Virus record (IMG/VR): IMGVR_UViG_3300028831_000169
Span: 1-45,141 of that record
Strand: one strand, 5' to 3'
DNA: 45,141 bases
DNA from: a virus
Below, piece after piece: positions 15,831 to 25,566 of this stretch. Within the stretch, counting starts at the first letter, position 1. Each line of letters opens with the position of its first letter. Both the position numbers and the translations under genes were made by a program. The notes under the pieces were generated by a model. The model was not told where the DNA came from, did not search any database, and saw only the letters and a list, made by a program, of their open reading frames with translations.

Positions 15831-18077
15831 ATGTCGCTACAAAACAGAAAACGGTTACTGAACAGTCTGCAAACTGTTCCGGTAAATGGCGCTGAACCGG
15901 CTTCTGTTAAGACGCTAGTTGACCAGTTAGAGGCCGAACTGACAGCATTAGGCACTCCAACAATAGCGCATACAACCAATCTTCTGAAGGGAAGCGGTTC
16001 TGGTAACGCTTCTGATTCGGGGATTGCTGCTTCGGATGTAGTAGTCAAATCCAACGCCACAAGGCCGACTACTCTCAACCAGGTTATTACGATTTTAGTA
16101 AACGCTGGGCTGTGTTCACTGTTGATGGTTAGCTCTGCGTTCGGAACTCAATTTGGAGATATTCCCGCTACGACTGATGTTTCTACGCTCTGGGAATCTC
16201 CAATAGGATATACGCCGGGTAACGTCCTAAATTCCGGTACGCCGCTTGCAGGTCAGTCGGCGCGATGGATTGATGCCACGCATATTGAGGGAGTGCCAAC
16301 ACCTACACCGAGCGCGACTTTTACGCCTACGGCCACAGCTACATCGACAGCAACGGCAACTTCTACCGCCACTTCCACCCCCACCGCCACAGCGACACCT
16401 ACGGCTACGCCTGCTGGAAATGTTTACGCAAGCGCGACTCCGTTAGCCAATCAGTTTGCCGTTTTCACAGACGCCAATCACATCACAGGCGCAACCGCAA
16501 CCGCTACTTTCACGCCAACATCAACCGCGACTTCCACTGCAACTTCGACTGCTACATATACCCCTACTCCCACGGCGACAGAAACGCCCACTGCTACTCC
16601 GGCTGGCAATGTTTATGCGTCAGCAACGCCATTGGCTAATCAACTGGCTATTTTTACCGACGCGACACATATCACCGGAGCGACAGCAACAGCGACGTTC
16701 ACTCCTACCGCGACCGCCACAAATACTTCCACGCCAACAGCAACCGCAACCGCTACCCCAACAGCAACCGCTACGCCCTCAGCCACCCCAGCGGGAAATG
16801 TTTACACAAACACTTCAAACACATACTCCACTGGTACACAAGATTTCACTGGCGCGACCAATACCCTTGTCACTACTCAATCCGCGTCCGACAACAGCAC
16901 CAAAGCCGCGTCAACGGCATATGTCACTACTGGAATATCAAATGCTATTGCTGGCGTAAATCCAGCGGTAGCGGTTCAAGCAGCGACAACTTCTGCATCG
17001 AACACCAGCGGACTTACGTACAATAACGGGATAAGCGGAATAGGCGCGACTCTGACCGGGCCGGCAAACACGGCTCTTACCGTTGACGGATACACATTCA
17101 CTGCTCTTGGACAACGGTTGCTTGTCAAGAACGACACGCAAAGTCCTTCAGGGGCGTTCAACGGAGTCTATTACGTCACTCAACTTCAGGCGCTTGGGTT
17201 GGGACTGGTTCTAACCCGCGTTTTGGATTACGACACTCTAAGCGACATTAATAATACCGGAGCGATTCCAGTCGTTAATGGAACGTCCAACGCGAATACG
17301 TCTTGGCTTCTGACTTCCACTGTAAACACGGTTGGAACTGATCCTCTGACGTATTCTCAATTCTCTATTGCTCCAACCAATTTACTTACAAGTGGCGGCG
17401 CTCTTGGAACGCCTTCATCTGGTACTTTGACGAATTGCTCAGGAACGGCGGCGAGTTTAACCGCTGGCAATGCAACCAAATGGACGACAGGACGTACAAT
17501 TTCACTTACAGGCGATGTTATCTATACCAGCGGCAGTCTAGATGGAAGTGCTAACGTCACAGGCACGGCCACGCTTGCAAACATTCCAGCAATATCAGGC
17601 GCTAATCTCACCGGTACAGCATCAAGTTTCACTGCCGGAAACGTGTCCACCGTACCGACCACGAATAGCAAGACGTTCAATCTCGGTGGAAATTTCGGAG
17701 TGGCTTGGGCGAAATATTCGTTTGCTACAGATGGCGGACTTGTTTCAACGATCACGCCCGGAGCAACGGCGAACACCACCATTCCAGCCAACGCGATCTT
17801 GGTTGGAGGCGTCGTCAACGTAACAACGGCGGTCACGTCCTCTGGTTCGGCCACGGTTGCGATTGGATGCGCGGGAACGGGCGGCAGCACGACTACGCTT
17901 TTGGCCGCAACCGCTAAAACATCCCTGACATTGAACGCGGTACTTGCGACGGTTACAACTTTTGCCGCTCCTAAAAAACTAACCGGGGCGGGAGGAATCA
18001 CTTTCACAATCGGAACCGCTGCGTTGACCGCAGGAGTCATTGAAGTCTGGGTGTTGTACTTTGTCGCAGCCGCTTAA
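15831..18077 (+). CDS. Tail fibre protein with tandem 63-aa repeats and Thr/Ala/Pro/Ser linkers (748 aa)
   Basis: [34 protein letters not shown]... is repeated. The C-terminal half is Gly/Thr/Ala-rich and beta-like. Confidence 0.65.
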   Translation: MSLQNRKRLLNSLQTVPVNGAEPASVKTLVDQLEAELTALGTPTIAHTTNLLKGSGSGNASDSGIAASDVVVKSNATRPTTLNQVITILVNAGLCSLLMVSSAFGTQFGDIPATTDVSTLWESPIGYTPGNVLNSGTPLAGQSARWIDATHIEGVPTPTPSATFTPTATATSTATATSTATSTPTATATPTATPAGNVYASATPLANQFAVFTDANHITGATATATFTPTSTATSTATSTATYTPTPTATETPTATPAGNVYASATPLANQLAIFTDATHITGATATATFTPTATATNTSTPTATATATPTATATPSATPAGNVYTNTSNTYSTGTQDFTGATNTLVTTQSASDNSTKAASTAYVTTGISNAIAGVNPAVAVQAATTSASNTSGLTYNNGISGIGATLTGPANTALTVDGYTFTALGQRLLVKNDTQSPSGAFNGVYYVTQLQALGLGLVLTRVLDYDTLSDINNTGAIPVVNGTSNANTSWLLTSTVNTVGTDPLTYSQFSIAPTNLLTSGGALGTPSSGTLTNCSGTAASLTAGNATKWTTGRTISLTGDVIYTSGSLDGSANVTGTATLANIPAISGANLTGTASSFTAGNVSTVPTTNSKTFNLGGNFGVAWAKYSFATDGGLVSTITPGATANTTIPANAILVGGVVNVTTAVTSSGSATVAIGCAGTGGSTTTLLAATAKTSLTLNAVLATVTTFAAPKKLTGAGGITFTIGTAALTAGVIEVWVLYFVAAA
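16212..16810 (+). repeat. In-frame tandem repeat of 189 bp: two full units (16410-16598 and 16599-16787), a degenerate unit before them and a truncated unit after
   Basis: The units start with CC(T/G)GCTGG(A/C)AATGTTTA(C/T)GC and are exactly 189 bp apart. They differ by many substitutions, so this is not an assembly duplication. Confidence 0.85.
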
Positions 18078-18079
18078 CC

Positions 18080-18511
18080 ATGAACCTTCAGGATTTAGAG
18101 CCTAATCACAATCCAAAAGGCGGTTCACCCAAGAGTCCATTACCGATACCCGTTAGCGAATACGACAATCCGATTAGTACAGATGGAAATACTGCTGTGT
18201 GGACACGAACGATTCTTCAACTTGTGGTAACACTATTTGCGGCTGCTGCTTTGTGGTTTGGGCTTGTAGGGCGTGTGGCGAAACTTGAGGATTCGCACAA
18301 GGAAGATCACGAAACGATCATTAGAATAGATACGCAGGGAACGCGGTTTAGCCAATCAGGAATCCGACTAGAAGATCAGATTATCAATCAACACGAATTG
18401 AGGATACGCGCCATCGAAGAAGAAGCCAAAAAGCTGGATGTTTTGATAGAGAAAGTGAACGGAATCGACTCCACTGTTCACGAGATAAAAAACGTCCAGA
18501 TAAGAAAATGA
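18080..18511 (+). CDS. Membrane-anchored coiled-coil protein (143 aa)
   Basis: One TM segment (ILQLVVTLFAAAALWFGLVG) followed by a heptad-like helical region. Confidence 0.55.
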   Translation: MNLQDLEPNHNPKGGSPKSPLPIPVSEYDNPISTDGNTAVWTRTILQLVVTLFAAAALWFGLVGRVAKLEDSHKEDHETIIRIDTQGTRFSQSGIRLEDQIINQHELRIRAIEEEAKKLDVLIEKVNGIDSTVHEIKNVQIRK

Positions 18512-18831
18512 AACGTGCGGTCTATATTTTGGTTCCTGCTCTTTCAGCTTGCTCAGTCACAATCGCGCCGATTACAAATCCTGAATATGCTCGACACGGC
18601 AAAAGCAAATCACATCCACATTTGGTTACGAAAAAGAGTCGTACAGTAGTTCATTATGTGGATGCGCGATGGCTGGATAATTATCTGCGACTCGAAAAAG
18701 AACATGGCAACTACACCGTCCCAGAGGACAAATACATCGACATCCAGAACGGAAAAGTCATTGTGCCGGACGCCGTTGTGCGCCATTATCACGATTTAAT
18801 GAGTGTTCCAACTCCAAGCCCTACCCCATGA
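18508..18831 (+). CDS. Lipoprotein (107 aa)
   Basis: Signal peptide plus lipobox: MKRAVYILVPALSAC. ATGA overlap with the upstream gene. Confidence 0.6.
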   Translation: MKRAVYILVPALSACSVTIAPITNPEYARHGKSKSHPHLVTKKSRTVVHYVDARWLDNYLRLEKEHGNYTVPEDKYIDIQNGKVIVPDAVVRHYHDLMSVPTPSPTP

Positions 18832-20315
18832 GAAGTGTTCCATTTCAAGAAGTCGTTTATGCGGTAGCTAGCAAGATCGGTTTAGACCCGCGCCGTGACC
18901 TGCAATCCAACCAAATGAAGGCCGCAGTGATCTTCATTAACCTCTGGGTGCGTAGACTATGGGACAAGGTAGATTGGAACGAGTGGACAACCGTAGAAGA
19001 ACGTACTCCTGTCGATCACGTTGTTTATTACGAGCAGGACAACAAAACCCCGCTTGGACGTGTGCTCAAGGTTTTCCTCAACGACCCGCTCTCGACTAAT
19101 GCTCCTGTTGATATTCCGTTTCGTTTGACAGATCAAGGTGTCCATTGCGGTTACGAACATGGCGCGACGGTCTGGATAAAGTTTATTCAACGCGAACCGC
19201 AATTTACATCTGACTTGTGGAACCCTGCCCGAACCTATAACGCTGGAGAATTAGCGTATCTAGCTGAGACAGGGGAGTGCTATTCAAGCATTGGCAACAA
19301 TAACCGTGGCAATTATCCGGGGCCGGTTGGACGAAGAATCCCAATCCCAACAGAACAAACGCAATCTTCGACACAAGATAGTCCGGGTGTTCCGGCAGTA
19401 AATAAAATCATCGACATCGACTTTAGCGGTCTGACTCCTGACGCAAGTGGAACCGTGAATTTCGCTTCCGTGTATGCCGATACCCCGCCAGTTACGCCGG
19501 TTGGTTCCGATACTTACAACGGCGCATCGAACGCAACCGCTTCTGATATTCGGGATGGTTTACTCGCCGCTCTACAAGGCGACGGAAGTTTGTCAGCATA
19601 TACGTTTACGAGTCTGGATGATCCAGTGCGGATACGGGTAGAAGGCGCGTCCGATTTTTCGATTTATCCTACGCCGTATTCGCAGAGCAACGCCATGTCG
19701 ATGCGCGACTTTTTGAAAGTGTCACAGGTACAAGCGTACTCTGCGGGAGCATCGGGAACAGCAGGGCAGGATCAATTCGTTAAGGTTACGTATAACGATA
19801 CGCTTGTTGTTCCCGGCGAGATTTATTCGCTAACTTTCGTTGATCTGAGTGGGGTAAGTCATACCGCAAGTTACACAAGTCTTTCAACCGACACTTTACC
19901 CTTGATACTTGCTGGCATAGCTGCGGCTGTATCGGGTTCGTCTGACACGTTCTTTAGCGGTATTGGAATCTCCATTGTCGATTCGACGCTGGTTATTAGT
20001 ACGAAGGGAAATGTTACTGTAGATGCGACTATGGAGCGCGGCCCGGTTCCGCCTGAGCCAATTCCTAATCCGCCTGTACCAGTGCCGCCTACGTTTTGGT
20101 TTTACGTTCCGTTCCCGCACGATCTGGCGTTACAAGTGATTCAAGGCGCGTATGCGGATTATTTGAAGATGGAAGGCCAAACTGATAAAGGTATGGCCGA
20201 AGAAAAAAGCGCATTAGATCAGCAAGTCGAAACTGTAGGAGCAAAGATTGCGCCTCCGTATCCGGCGTTGACCGATCAGCAACAACCGGCTCAACGATTT
20301 AGGGGGACTGGATAA
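18828..20315 (+). CDS. Virion structural protein, paralogue of 12583..13551 (495 aa)
   Basis: Shared termini (see 12583). CBM5/12-like motif WNPARTYNAGELAYLAETGECY. Confidence 0.6.
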   Translation: MRSVPFQEVVYAVASKIGLDPRRDLQSNQMKAAVIFINLWVRRLWDKVDWNEWTTVEERTPVDHVVYYEQDNKTPLGRVLKVFLNDPLSTNAPVDIPFRLTDQGVHCGYEHGATVWIKFIQREPQFTSDLWNPARTYNAGELAYLAETGECYSSIGNNNRGNYPGPVGRRIPIPTEQTQSSTQDSPGVPAVNKIIDIDFSGLTPDASGTVNFASVYADTPPVTPVGSDTYNGASNATASDIRDGLLAALQGDGSLSAYTFTSLDDPVRIRVEGASDFSIYPTPYSQSNAMSMRDFLKVSQVQAYSAGASGTAGQDQFVKVTYNDTLVVPGEIYSLTFVDLSGVSHTASYTSLSTDTLPLILAGIAAAVSGSSDTFFSGIGISIVDSTLVISTKGNVTVDATMERGPVPPEPIPNPPVPVPPTFWFYVPFPHDLALQVIQGAYADYLKMEGQTDKGMAEEKSALDQQVETVGAKIAPPYPALTDQQQPAQRFRGTG

Positions 20316-20491
20316 TGCATGTGCGCCTTTATCGCGGTGTTTTGTATAGCGTGGACGCTTCCATCACGAACGATTGGGTTACGCTTGGCGCGCAAGATTT
20401 GGATACGGGCAGTGAACTTACAGGGGACACGATTGACGGCGATGTAACAATCGAAAGCGCAGTTCTACTTGCGCCAAGGAGTGAAAGTTAA
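20315..20491 (+). CDS. Small hypothetical protein (58 aa), not in track
   Basis: The ATG overlaps the upstream TAA (TAATG). The gene fills the gap up to ATG 20492. Confidence 0.4.
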   Translation: MHVRLYRGVLYSVDASITNDWVTLGAQDLDTGSELTGDTIDGDVTIESAVLLAPRSES

Positions 20492-21289
20492 ATGAGCAGA
20501 GGCAAAGTCTATATTCGCAGCGGTACAGATCATATCGTTATTCCGAACATTCGCACTGCCATACGCCAGAAGTTTGCAGCCGGTACGTGGACGGATTTGC
20601 GGATTGGATTTTTTCTCAGCATCACCGCCGCTGCTAATGATGATGATCCGACTGGACTTGCTGAAACAATTTCGTCCGTACGCAGTCCGTATGATTGTTA
20701 TTGGTTGGGACTCAAAAGCGATGGCGACCCGTTCCCGTATGCAGGCGCATCAAGTTTTGTTGGGTTTACGAACGCGATAGGTTTACATCCTCCTGATTGG
20801 CGAGACTTGGGAGACAGTAAACTTATCAGTAGCGATGTTGGCGTAGGCACAACTAACGCATACTTTTGGCGGTCTATTGGAGGCGTTGCTACCCCAGCGT
20901 GGCCGGGAGGGTTTTGCGGGTTTTTAGCGTTGAATTACACCAATAACCAAAGTGCGCTAAGTAACGGCTGGGAACAGCATTTTTCTCAAGACCCAACTAA
21001 TAGCGGAGGGTATTCGATAGCGTTTGGGTTACGACTTACACGGCCTTCGCCGACTTCGCATCTGTTTACGGCTGAAGTTAACTCTAATGATTCGCACTCA
21101 TGCGACCTCGCGTTTTCAGATACGCCGACGCGCGAGGTGCTTTTATCGCTTCTTGAAGGTTGGCCGACCAGCGTGAGAACGAGTCCGCAATTCTTTTTAG
21201 ACGTGATTCCAACGAGCTTCTTTTTTTACTGGCCTTTTCATTCTTCAAGGCTCCGAATTTCTTCAAGAGGATTTGTTAGGGTGAGATAA
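20492..21289 (+). CDS. Structural protein, possibly tail tubular/adaptor A-like (265 aa)
   Basis: Position upstream of the 652-aa nozzle-like protein. No motif recognised. Confidence 0.4.
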   Translation: MSRGKVYIRSGTDHIVIPNIRTAIRQKFAAGTWTDLRIGFFLSITAAANDDDPTGLAETISSVRSPYDCYWLGLKSDGDPFPYAGASSFVGFTNAIGLHPPDWRDLGDSKLISSDVGVGTTNAYFWRSIGGVATPAWPGGFCGFLALNYTNNQSALSNGWEQHFSQDPTNSGGYSIAFGLRLTRPSPTSHLFTAEVNSNDSHSCDLAFSDTPTREVLLSLLEGWPTSVRTSPQFFLDVIPTSFFFYWPFHSSRLRISSRGFVRVR

Positions 21290-21294
21290 AATTT

Positions 21295-23253
21295 ATGCCA
21301 CACTATTTGTCTTACGGGAAGTTGGATACACCGATTGCTGAGGACGGCGATCAGCGGTTCCTGGGAATAGATATGCGGCGCGACAGAGGGATTTTACAGC
21401 CGGGTATGGTTGCGCGGAGCGAGAATAAACGGATGTGGACAGGCCGGATGGAAACACGAACCGGGATGTCGATGGCGATAGATTTTAATCCGGCGTTTGA
21501 AGGGCTGATTATTGGCACAGGCGTTTTTCAAAACACGATTTCAGGCGGTGAAATCTTACTGATAGCTACGCAAGGCGCAACGTATGTGTGGGCGTGCCAG
21601 GACGGCAAAGACCCGGTTAAGATTGACATTGACGATGATTCTCAACCGACGACTGGATTTGGGCCGTGCGAGTTCGTGCAATGTTTTACCAGTATTAGAT
21701 TACTCCGATACGGCGCGGGAGTGTATTACAGGCCGTTGGAATGGGATGGGGATATTACTCACGATTTTGAGCCTTCGCCTGCTGGACAGACTTCCGGTTC
21801 ACTGATTGTTGGTCATCAATACACTATCTTTCAATACGTCTCAGGCGACGATTTTACCAACGTTGGAGCCGGTTCAAACGCTACCGGAACATTGTTTACT
21901 GCTACCGGCACGACGCCTACTGATTGGACGCATGGCTCTGAACTGGTCGATATTATTACTGGATCATCCGTAGTGCCTCCGACAATTACAGGCGAACCGT
22001 TTGAGAACCGGATTTTGTTCTATAATCCGCGCTCGACTATTCAGAGTGAGCCGAGTCCGGGGCGCGACCAATTCTTAATGACCGATATTTTGGACTCGAC
22101 CAGTTACGATCCGGTCTTGGGAGTATTCAATATTAACACCGCGCAATCAGACATCATCATCCGTTTGTGGCCGTTCTTTCATCAAGGCGTGGTGATATTT
22201 TTGAAACGTTCTATCTGGTTACAGACCAATTTCACGATTGAACCGCTTTTAACGACTCAGCAACAATTAAATTCCGCTATCGGATTGGTCGCGCAAAAAG
22301 GTGTTCTCCTCGTAGGGGGCGACACGTTGTTTCTGTCGGAACCGGGCGGGATATATCGGTTGAGCGAAGTTATTCAGCAAAACATTACTACTGAACCCGT
22401 GCCGATTACCGAGCCGATTGATCCGCTAATAAGACGGATCAACTGGCAGAGCGCCTATCTTCCGTACGTGGTGGCGACTGCGCTTGTGGGTGATTACGCA
22501 TATTTCGCGGTGCCACTGGATGAATCCGCTGGCGGTTCAAATGCGCTCTTGGTTTACAACACTGTAAGCAGAATGTGGGAGAGCGTTGATACATGGCCTG
22601 AATCGGATTTCAGGATCAATTCGCTACACGTTATTCAGGTGGCCGGTAGACAATCATGTTTAGCGGTCGATTTCTTCGGGCAACGGGTGATCCTATTAGA
22701 AAGCGGTTCGCTCACAGACGGAATTTCAGATGACGATTTTCCTATTCAAGACGTGGTAGAAACGCGCGGCTACATTCTGGGGAACCCGTTCGGGATGAAA
22801 AAATATCATCGGATGACAATGGCGATACGTTCGTTTGATCCGGGGTTCAAAGTGACCGCGCTCCGAGACGGTTACAACGATGAAATTCCATTGGCTAACG
22901 GAGACGTGAATACGAAGGATAAAACGAAATTTTATCGGGCGGAACACAAGGATTTCAATATTCTGACCGACGACCCGAATGAACCGTTGCGGGAAGATTA
23001 TTCGTTCAGCGACCTAAACGATTACATCGTGGATGATTTCAGGGATTTACCGGCAGGAAATAACGTCGATCTGCATCCGATATTCGAGAGCGAACCGCCC
23101 GGACAAAAACAGGAAACACTCGAACGCTTTGCGGTAGGAACGTATGCACGAGCGTTATCGTTGAGAATCGAAAACCAGCAGGGGCAATGCGATATTCTCT
23201 CGATTAGCATTGAAGGCCGTCCTATAGAAAATACCCAGAAGGTCATTGCATAA
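21295..23253 (+). CDS. Structural protein, possibly tail tubular/nozzle B-like (652 aa)
   Basis: Size and order resemble the T7-type gp11/gp12 pair. Weak N-terminal pattern similarity only. Confidence 0.4.
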   Translation: MPHYLSYGKLDTPIAEDGDQRFLGIDMRRDRGILQPGMVARSENKRMWTGRMETRTGMSMAIDFNPAFEGLIIGTGVFQNTISGGEILLIATQGATYVWACQDGKDPVKIDIDDDSQPTTGFGPCEFVQCFTSIRLLRYGAGVYYRPLEWDGDITHDFEPSPAGQTSGSLIVGHQYTIFQYVSGDDFTNVGAGSNATGTLFTATGTTPTDWTHGSELVDIITGSSVVPPTITGEPFENRILFYNPRSTIQSEPSPGRDQFLMTDILDSTSYDPVLGVFNINTAQSDIIIRLWPFFHQGVVIFLKRSIWLQTNFTIEPLLTTQQQLNSAIGLVAQKGVLLVGGDTLFLSEPGGIYRLSEVIQQNITTEPVPITEPIDPLIRRINWQSAYLPYVVATALVGDYAYFAVPLDESAGGSNALLVYNTVSRMWESVDTWPESDFRINSLHVIQVAGRQSCLAVDFFGQRVILLESGSLTDGISDDDFPIQDVVETRGYILGNPFGMKKYHRMTMAIRSFDPGFKVTALRDGYNDEIPLANGDVNTKDKTKFYRAEHKDFNILTDDPNEPLREDYSFSDLNDYIVDDFRDLPAGNNVDLHPIFESEPPGQKQETLERFAVGTYARALSLRIENQQGQCDILSISIEGRPIENTQKVIA

Positions 23254-23261
23254 TGAATATG

Positions 23262-23323
23262 ACACGCGGTACGACTAGTTCACCGGCTGACCCACAAAGT
23301 TGAAAGGTGGATTCACCGCGTGT
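23262..23323 (+). other. Intergenic long-range inverted repeat ACACGCGGT ... ACCGCGTGT (9 bp) enclosing an inner CCAC/GTGG pairing
   Basis: Read directly. No U-tract follows. Confidence 0.4.
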
Positions 23324-23342
23324 TCAAACTGAAAGGTAAACA

Positions 23343-23474
23343 ATGAGACAATACAAATATCGTCCGGCAAGCATGACGCCGAAGACCTCGGAAAAACCGC
23401 CCAAGATAAAACCGATTGCGCTTTCGAAGAAACCGAAGAAAAAGCATCAGACCTTGACCATGTACGGGGTATGA
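23343..23474 (+). CDS. Small basic protein (43 aa), not in track
   Basis: MRQYKYRPASMTPKTSEKPPKIKPIALSKKPKKKHQTLTMYGV. Its stop overlaps ATG 23471 (ATGA). Confidence 0.4.
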   Translation: MRQYKYRPASMTPKTSEKPPKIKPIALSKKPKKKHQTLTMYGV

Positions 23475-23887
23475 CAACTGATCCGGTAATCAGGGTTTCA
23501 GTGAAAGAACACGAGCCATTTTCTGTAGCACAAAAACTCTACGCGAAATGGTCTAAGATACCTTTTGAAGATGATCTGGCGGATTATCTGAGAACCGGCT
23601 GTGTCCTGTCGCTACCGACCTGTTTCGGGATGGCGAAGATCATTGACCTTGCTCCTTATCAAAACGGGGTACGGATTGGTAAAATGCAACCTGCGTGGTT
23701 TGTGCGGTGTGCGGTAGGTCAAATTTGGGACTTACTAATCAAGCTTCCTTGCTTTCTACCGCAGATTTGTTTTTGTCGGCGCGGTGAGGACAAACTGCGC
23801 GTGTACGACATGAAACGGTTTCTACAAGTTCTCAAATCAACACGAAAGATTTATGCTCCAAAAACAATGCAGACTATCGCTAGTTGA
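23471..23887 (+). CDS. Hypothetical protein (138 aa)
   Basis: Track ORF, translationally coupled on both sides. Confidence 0.55.
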   Translation: MTTDPVIRVSVKEHEPFSVAQKLYAKWSKIPFEDDLADYLRTGCVLSLPTCFGMAKIIDLAPYQNGVRIGKMQPAWFVRCAVGQIWDLLIKLPCFLPQICFCRRGEDKLRVYDMKRFLQVLKSTRKIYAPKTMQTIAS

Positions 23888-24725
23888 CAAGTTTTTCGGT
23901 GGGAGCGGTGGCGGCGGTGCGCCAAATCCGAATATCACACCGGAACTTCGGAATATCTATAAGGGATTCAATACCCAGACCGTTCCTACGTTTAATAATT
24001 TCGTTCAAGGTCAGCCGTTGTTGAGCACCGCGCAGGGTGGGGCGCTGGATTTCTTTAACCAAATCTCGCCGGTTTTACAGCAAACGTTCGGCTCACAAAT
24101 CTCTCCGGTTTTAGAGAGCGGCGGTGCGCTTACCGCTGAACAAGGGCGGGATGTCACCCAAGCAACACGAGCGGCGTTTGCGGCCAGAGGCAACATCGGT
24201 GGAAATCAAGCTATCGGGGCTGAACTCTTGAACCGCGATCAATACCGGCAGCAACGGTTTAATCAAGCTTTAGGTCAAGCAGGACAGATTCAAGGGCTGG
24301 AAACTGGCGGGTTAAATCAGTTGACCGGCGTAGAACAAGCTGAAACAAGCTCGTTCGCTACCCTTGCCAATCCACTTTACGGACTATTCGAAAACGCGCA
24401 AAACGCCGCGACACAACTCCAAATTGCTAGTGAAAACAAAAACGCGGGATTAGCTGGTGGCGCAATATCGTCAATCGGCAGTATTGCAGGGGCAGCAATC
24501 GGCGCGAGTGACGAACGGCTAAAGGAAAATATTCTGGATACGGGCGAGACTACGCCTGAAGGCATCCCGATTAAAACCTTCACATTCTACACAGACCCAA
24601 ACAAGGTCAGATACATTGGCGTAATGGCCCAGGACGTAGAAAAAGTCGATCCGTCGAATGTGATTACTGATCCGGTGAGCGGTATAAAATTCGTTCCACC
24701 AAAATACTTCCCAAAGTCGGTATAA
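23853..24725 (+). CDS. Gly/Gln-rich virion protein with a C-terminal intramolecular-chaperone (peptidase S74-like) domain
   Basis: SDERLKENILDTGE...YIGVMAQDVEKVDPSNV matches the S-D-x-R-x-K autoprocessing signature of endosialidase/fibre chaperone domains. Confidence 0.6.
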   Translation: MLQKQCRLSLVDKFFGGSGGGGAPNPNITPELRNIYKGFNTQTVPTFNNFVQGQPLLSTAQGGALDFFNQISPVLQQTFGSQISPVLESGGALTAEQGRDVTQATRAAFAARGNIGGNQAIGAELLNRDQYRQQRFNQALGQAGQIQGLETGGLNQLTGVEQAETSSFATLANPLYGLFENAQNAATQLQIASENKNAGLAGGAISSIGSIAGAAIGASDERLKENILDTGETTPEGIPIKTFTFYTDPNKVRYIGVMAQDVEKVDPSNVITDPVSGIKFVPPKYFPKSV

Positions 24726-24726
24726 C

Positions 24727-25566
24727 ATGCCTTCAGCCGGTGACATATACTACCACGCGCTGAGCGGCGCTGGTGAAGATATTGGCAAAGCGATTCAGCT
24801 AAATATTCTGCGTAATCAGAAGCAAAAAGCAGCGATCACGCAGGACATGGCGATTCTGGATAGATTATCGCAGATGCCCGACCCCACCGATCCGACCGGC
24901 AAAAAGACGTTGGTAGATCAAAAAAAGATGATGGCGCTACGCCAGTTAAAAGGCGCTCAACTCCAAGCCGCAGCGGAAGGCGAGATTGCTGCGATTGAAC
25001 TTGGCGATAAAATCTATAAGTCCAGTGCTCCGATTCGCGCACTCACGCAAGGCCCACAAACGACAACGGACGAATCAGGCCAAAAATGGCGGTGGTCAGG
25101 GAAAGAATGGATTCCGGTAGCCGGTTCGAACTCACAACAGAAAGCAGAAGCAGCAAAACAACGCACGCTCGATTCGCGCCTGAAACAATACAACCTGAAT
25201 CGCCGCCTCTTATTTGATTCGTCGCAACATGAAGGCGGCATCTTGCAGAAAGCTGATAAAAATAAGCCTGACAAAACGTTTGTACCTGAAGCTGATCCTG
25301 ATAAGATGACGCATATCAGAGTTGGCTACCAAGACGAAAAGAATCCCGGCAAAATAATTTCAAAATCTGATCTTGAAGGATTACAGGATTTAGCTGCTCA
25401 AAACACCGATGACCCTGAGTGGTCGCAGGGAGCTCTAAAATGGATACGTGACAACCCTCAAGACCCGCGCGCTGCAAAATGGCTGGACGTTCTCAAAAGT
25501 AAAGTCATGGGGAACGTTATCACTGAAGAACCTTTTGAAGCAACTCCTGACGAATCGCAGCCGTGA
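24727..25566 (+). CDS. Internal virion-like protein (279 aa)
   Basis: Track ORF in the ejection-protein block. Its stop overlaps the next start. Confidence 0.5.
   Translation: MPSAGDIYYHALSGAGEDIGKAIQLNILRNQKQKAAITQDMAILDRLSQMPDPTDPTGKKTLVDQKKMMALRQLKGAQLQAAAEGEIAAIELGDKIYKSSAPIRALTQGPQTTTDESGQKWRWSGKEWIPVAGSNSQQKAEAAKQRTLDSRLKQYNLNRRLLFDSSQHEGGILQKADKNKPDKTFVPEADPDKMTHIRVGYQDEKNPGKIISKSDLEGLQDLAAQNTDDPEWSQGALKWIRDNPQDPRAAKWLDVLKSKVMGNVITEEPFEATPDESQP

Noticed and set aside
10209-18040. Long antisense or alternative-frame ORFs inside structural genes (10209..10625, 11587..12078, 16456..16959, 17522..18040, 9871..10251 and others)
   Set aside because: They overlap strongly supported co-oriented structural genes and have low-complexity compositions mirroring the sense-strand repeats (for example Thr/Ala repeats read as Arg/Gln/Pro). 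I regard them as frame artefacts.
25110-25140. GGTTCGAAC at about 25125 as a tRNA T-loop
   Set aside because: The flanking bases do not form a T-stem or acceptor stem, and the sequence lies inside a well-supported CDS (24727..25566).
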